This document shows, piece after piece, positions 63,987-64,000 of a DNA stretch of 64,000 bases. Within the stretch, counting starts at the first letter, position 1; each line of letters starts with the position of its first letter. The notes beneath the pieces are model-generated. The model had not been told where the DNA came from. It ran no database searches and saw only the letters and a list, made by a program, of their open reading frames with translations. Source of the DNA: Eledone cirrhosa (lineage: Eukaryota); assembly GCA_964016885.1 (NCBI GenBank), contig OZ024744.1:47554001-47618000 (forward strand), in the 5' to 3' direction. Made by a program: the position numbers and the translations under genes.

Positions 63987-64000
63987 CTTTGAATAAATAA

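Overview
Eukaryotic, repeat-saturated DNA with no recognisable host gene. The SINE/RTE/microsatellite repertoire looks like a coleoid cephalopod (Octopus-like); this is inference. Positions 1-11836 are a 48-bp minisatellite with higher-order structure that appears amplified from the 3' UTR of the adjacent RTE LINE; its long ORFs are artefacts. Positions 11.8-23 kb and 53-57 kb hold decayed RTE-clade LINEs (APE + RT) whose RT carries an inserted C4HC3 PHD-type finger. Positions 24-62 kb are a nest of Penelope-like elements (PLEs; RT + C-terminal GIY-YIG, at least two clade types), pseudo-LTR (pLTR) derivatives, hAT-like MITEs and tRNA-SINEs, mostly separated by (TA)n. Most PLE-derived pieces are fold-back (inverted, 3' ends outward) structures. 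Reading the sequence by eye gives about ten distinct type I hammerhead ribozyme families (roughly 25 copies). Several have non-canonical features: a U3-A8 compensatory core, a fixed U4A core, 90-104 nt helix II insertions, an extra nucleotide after A9, and a two-strand palindromic hammerhead. Coordinates were read manually and may be off by a few bases; no folding or database search was run.
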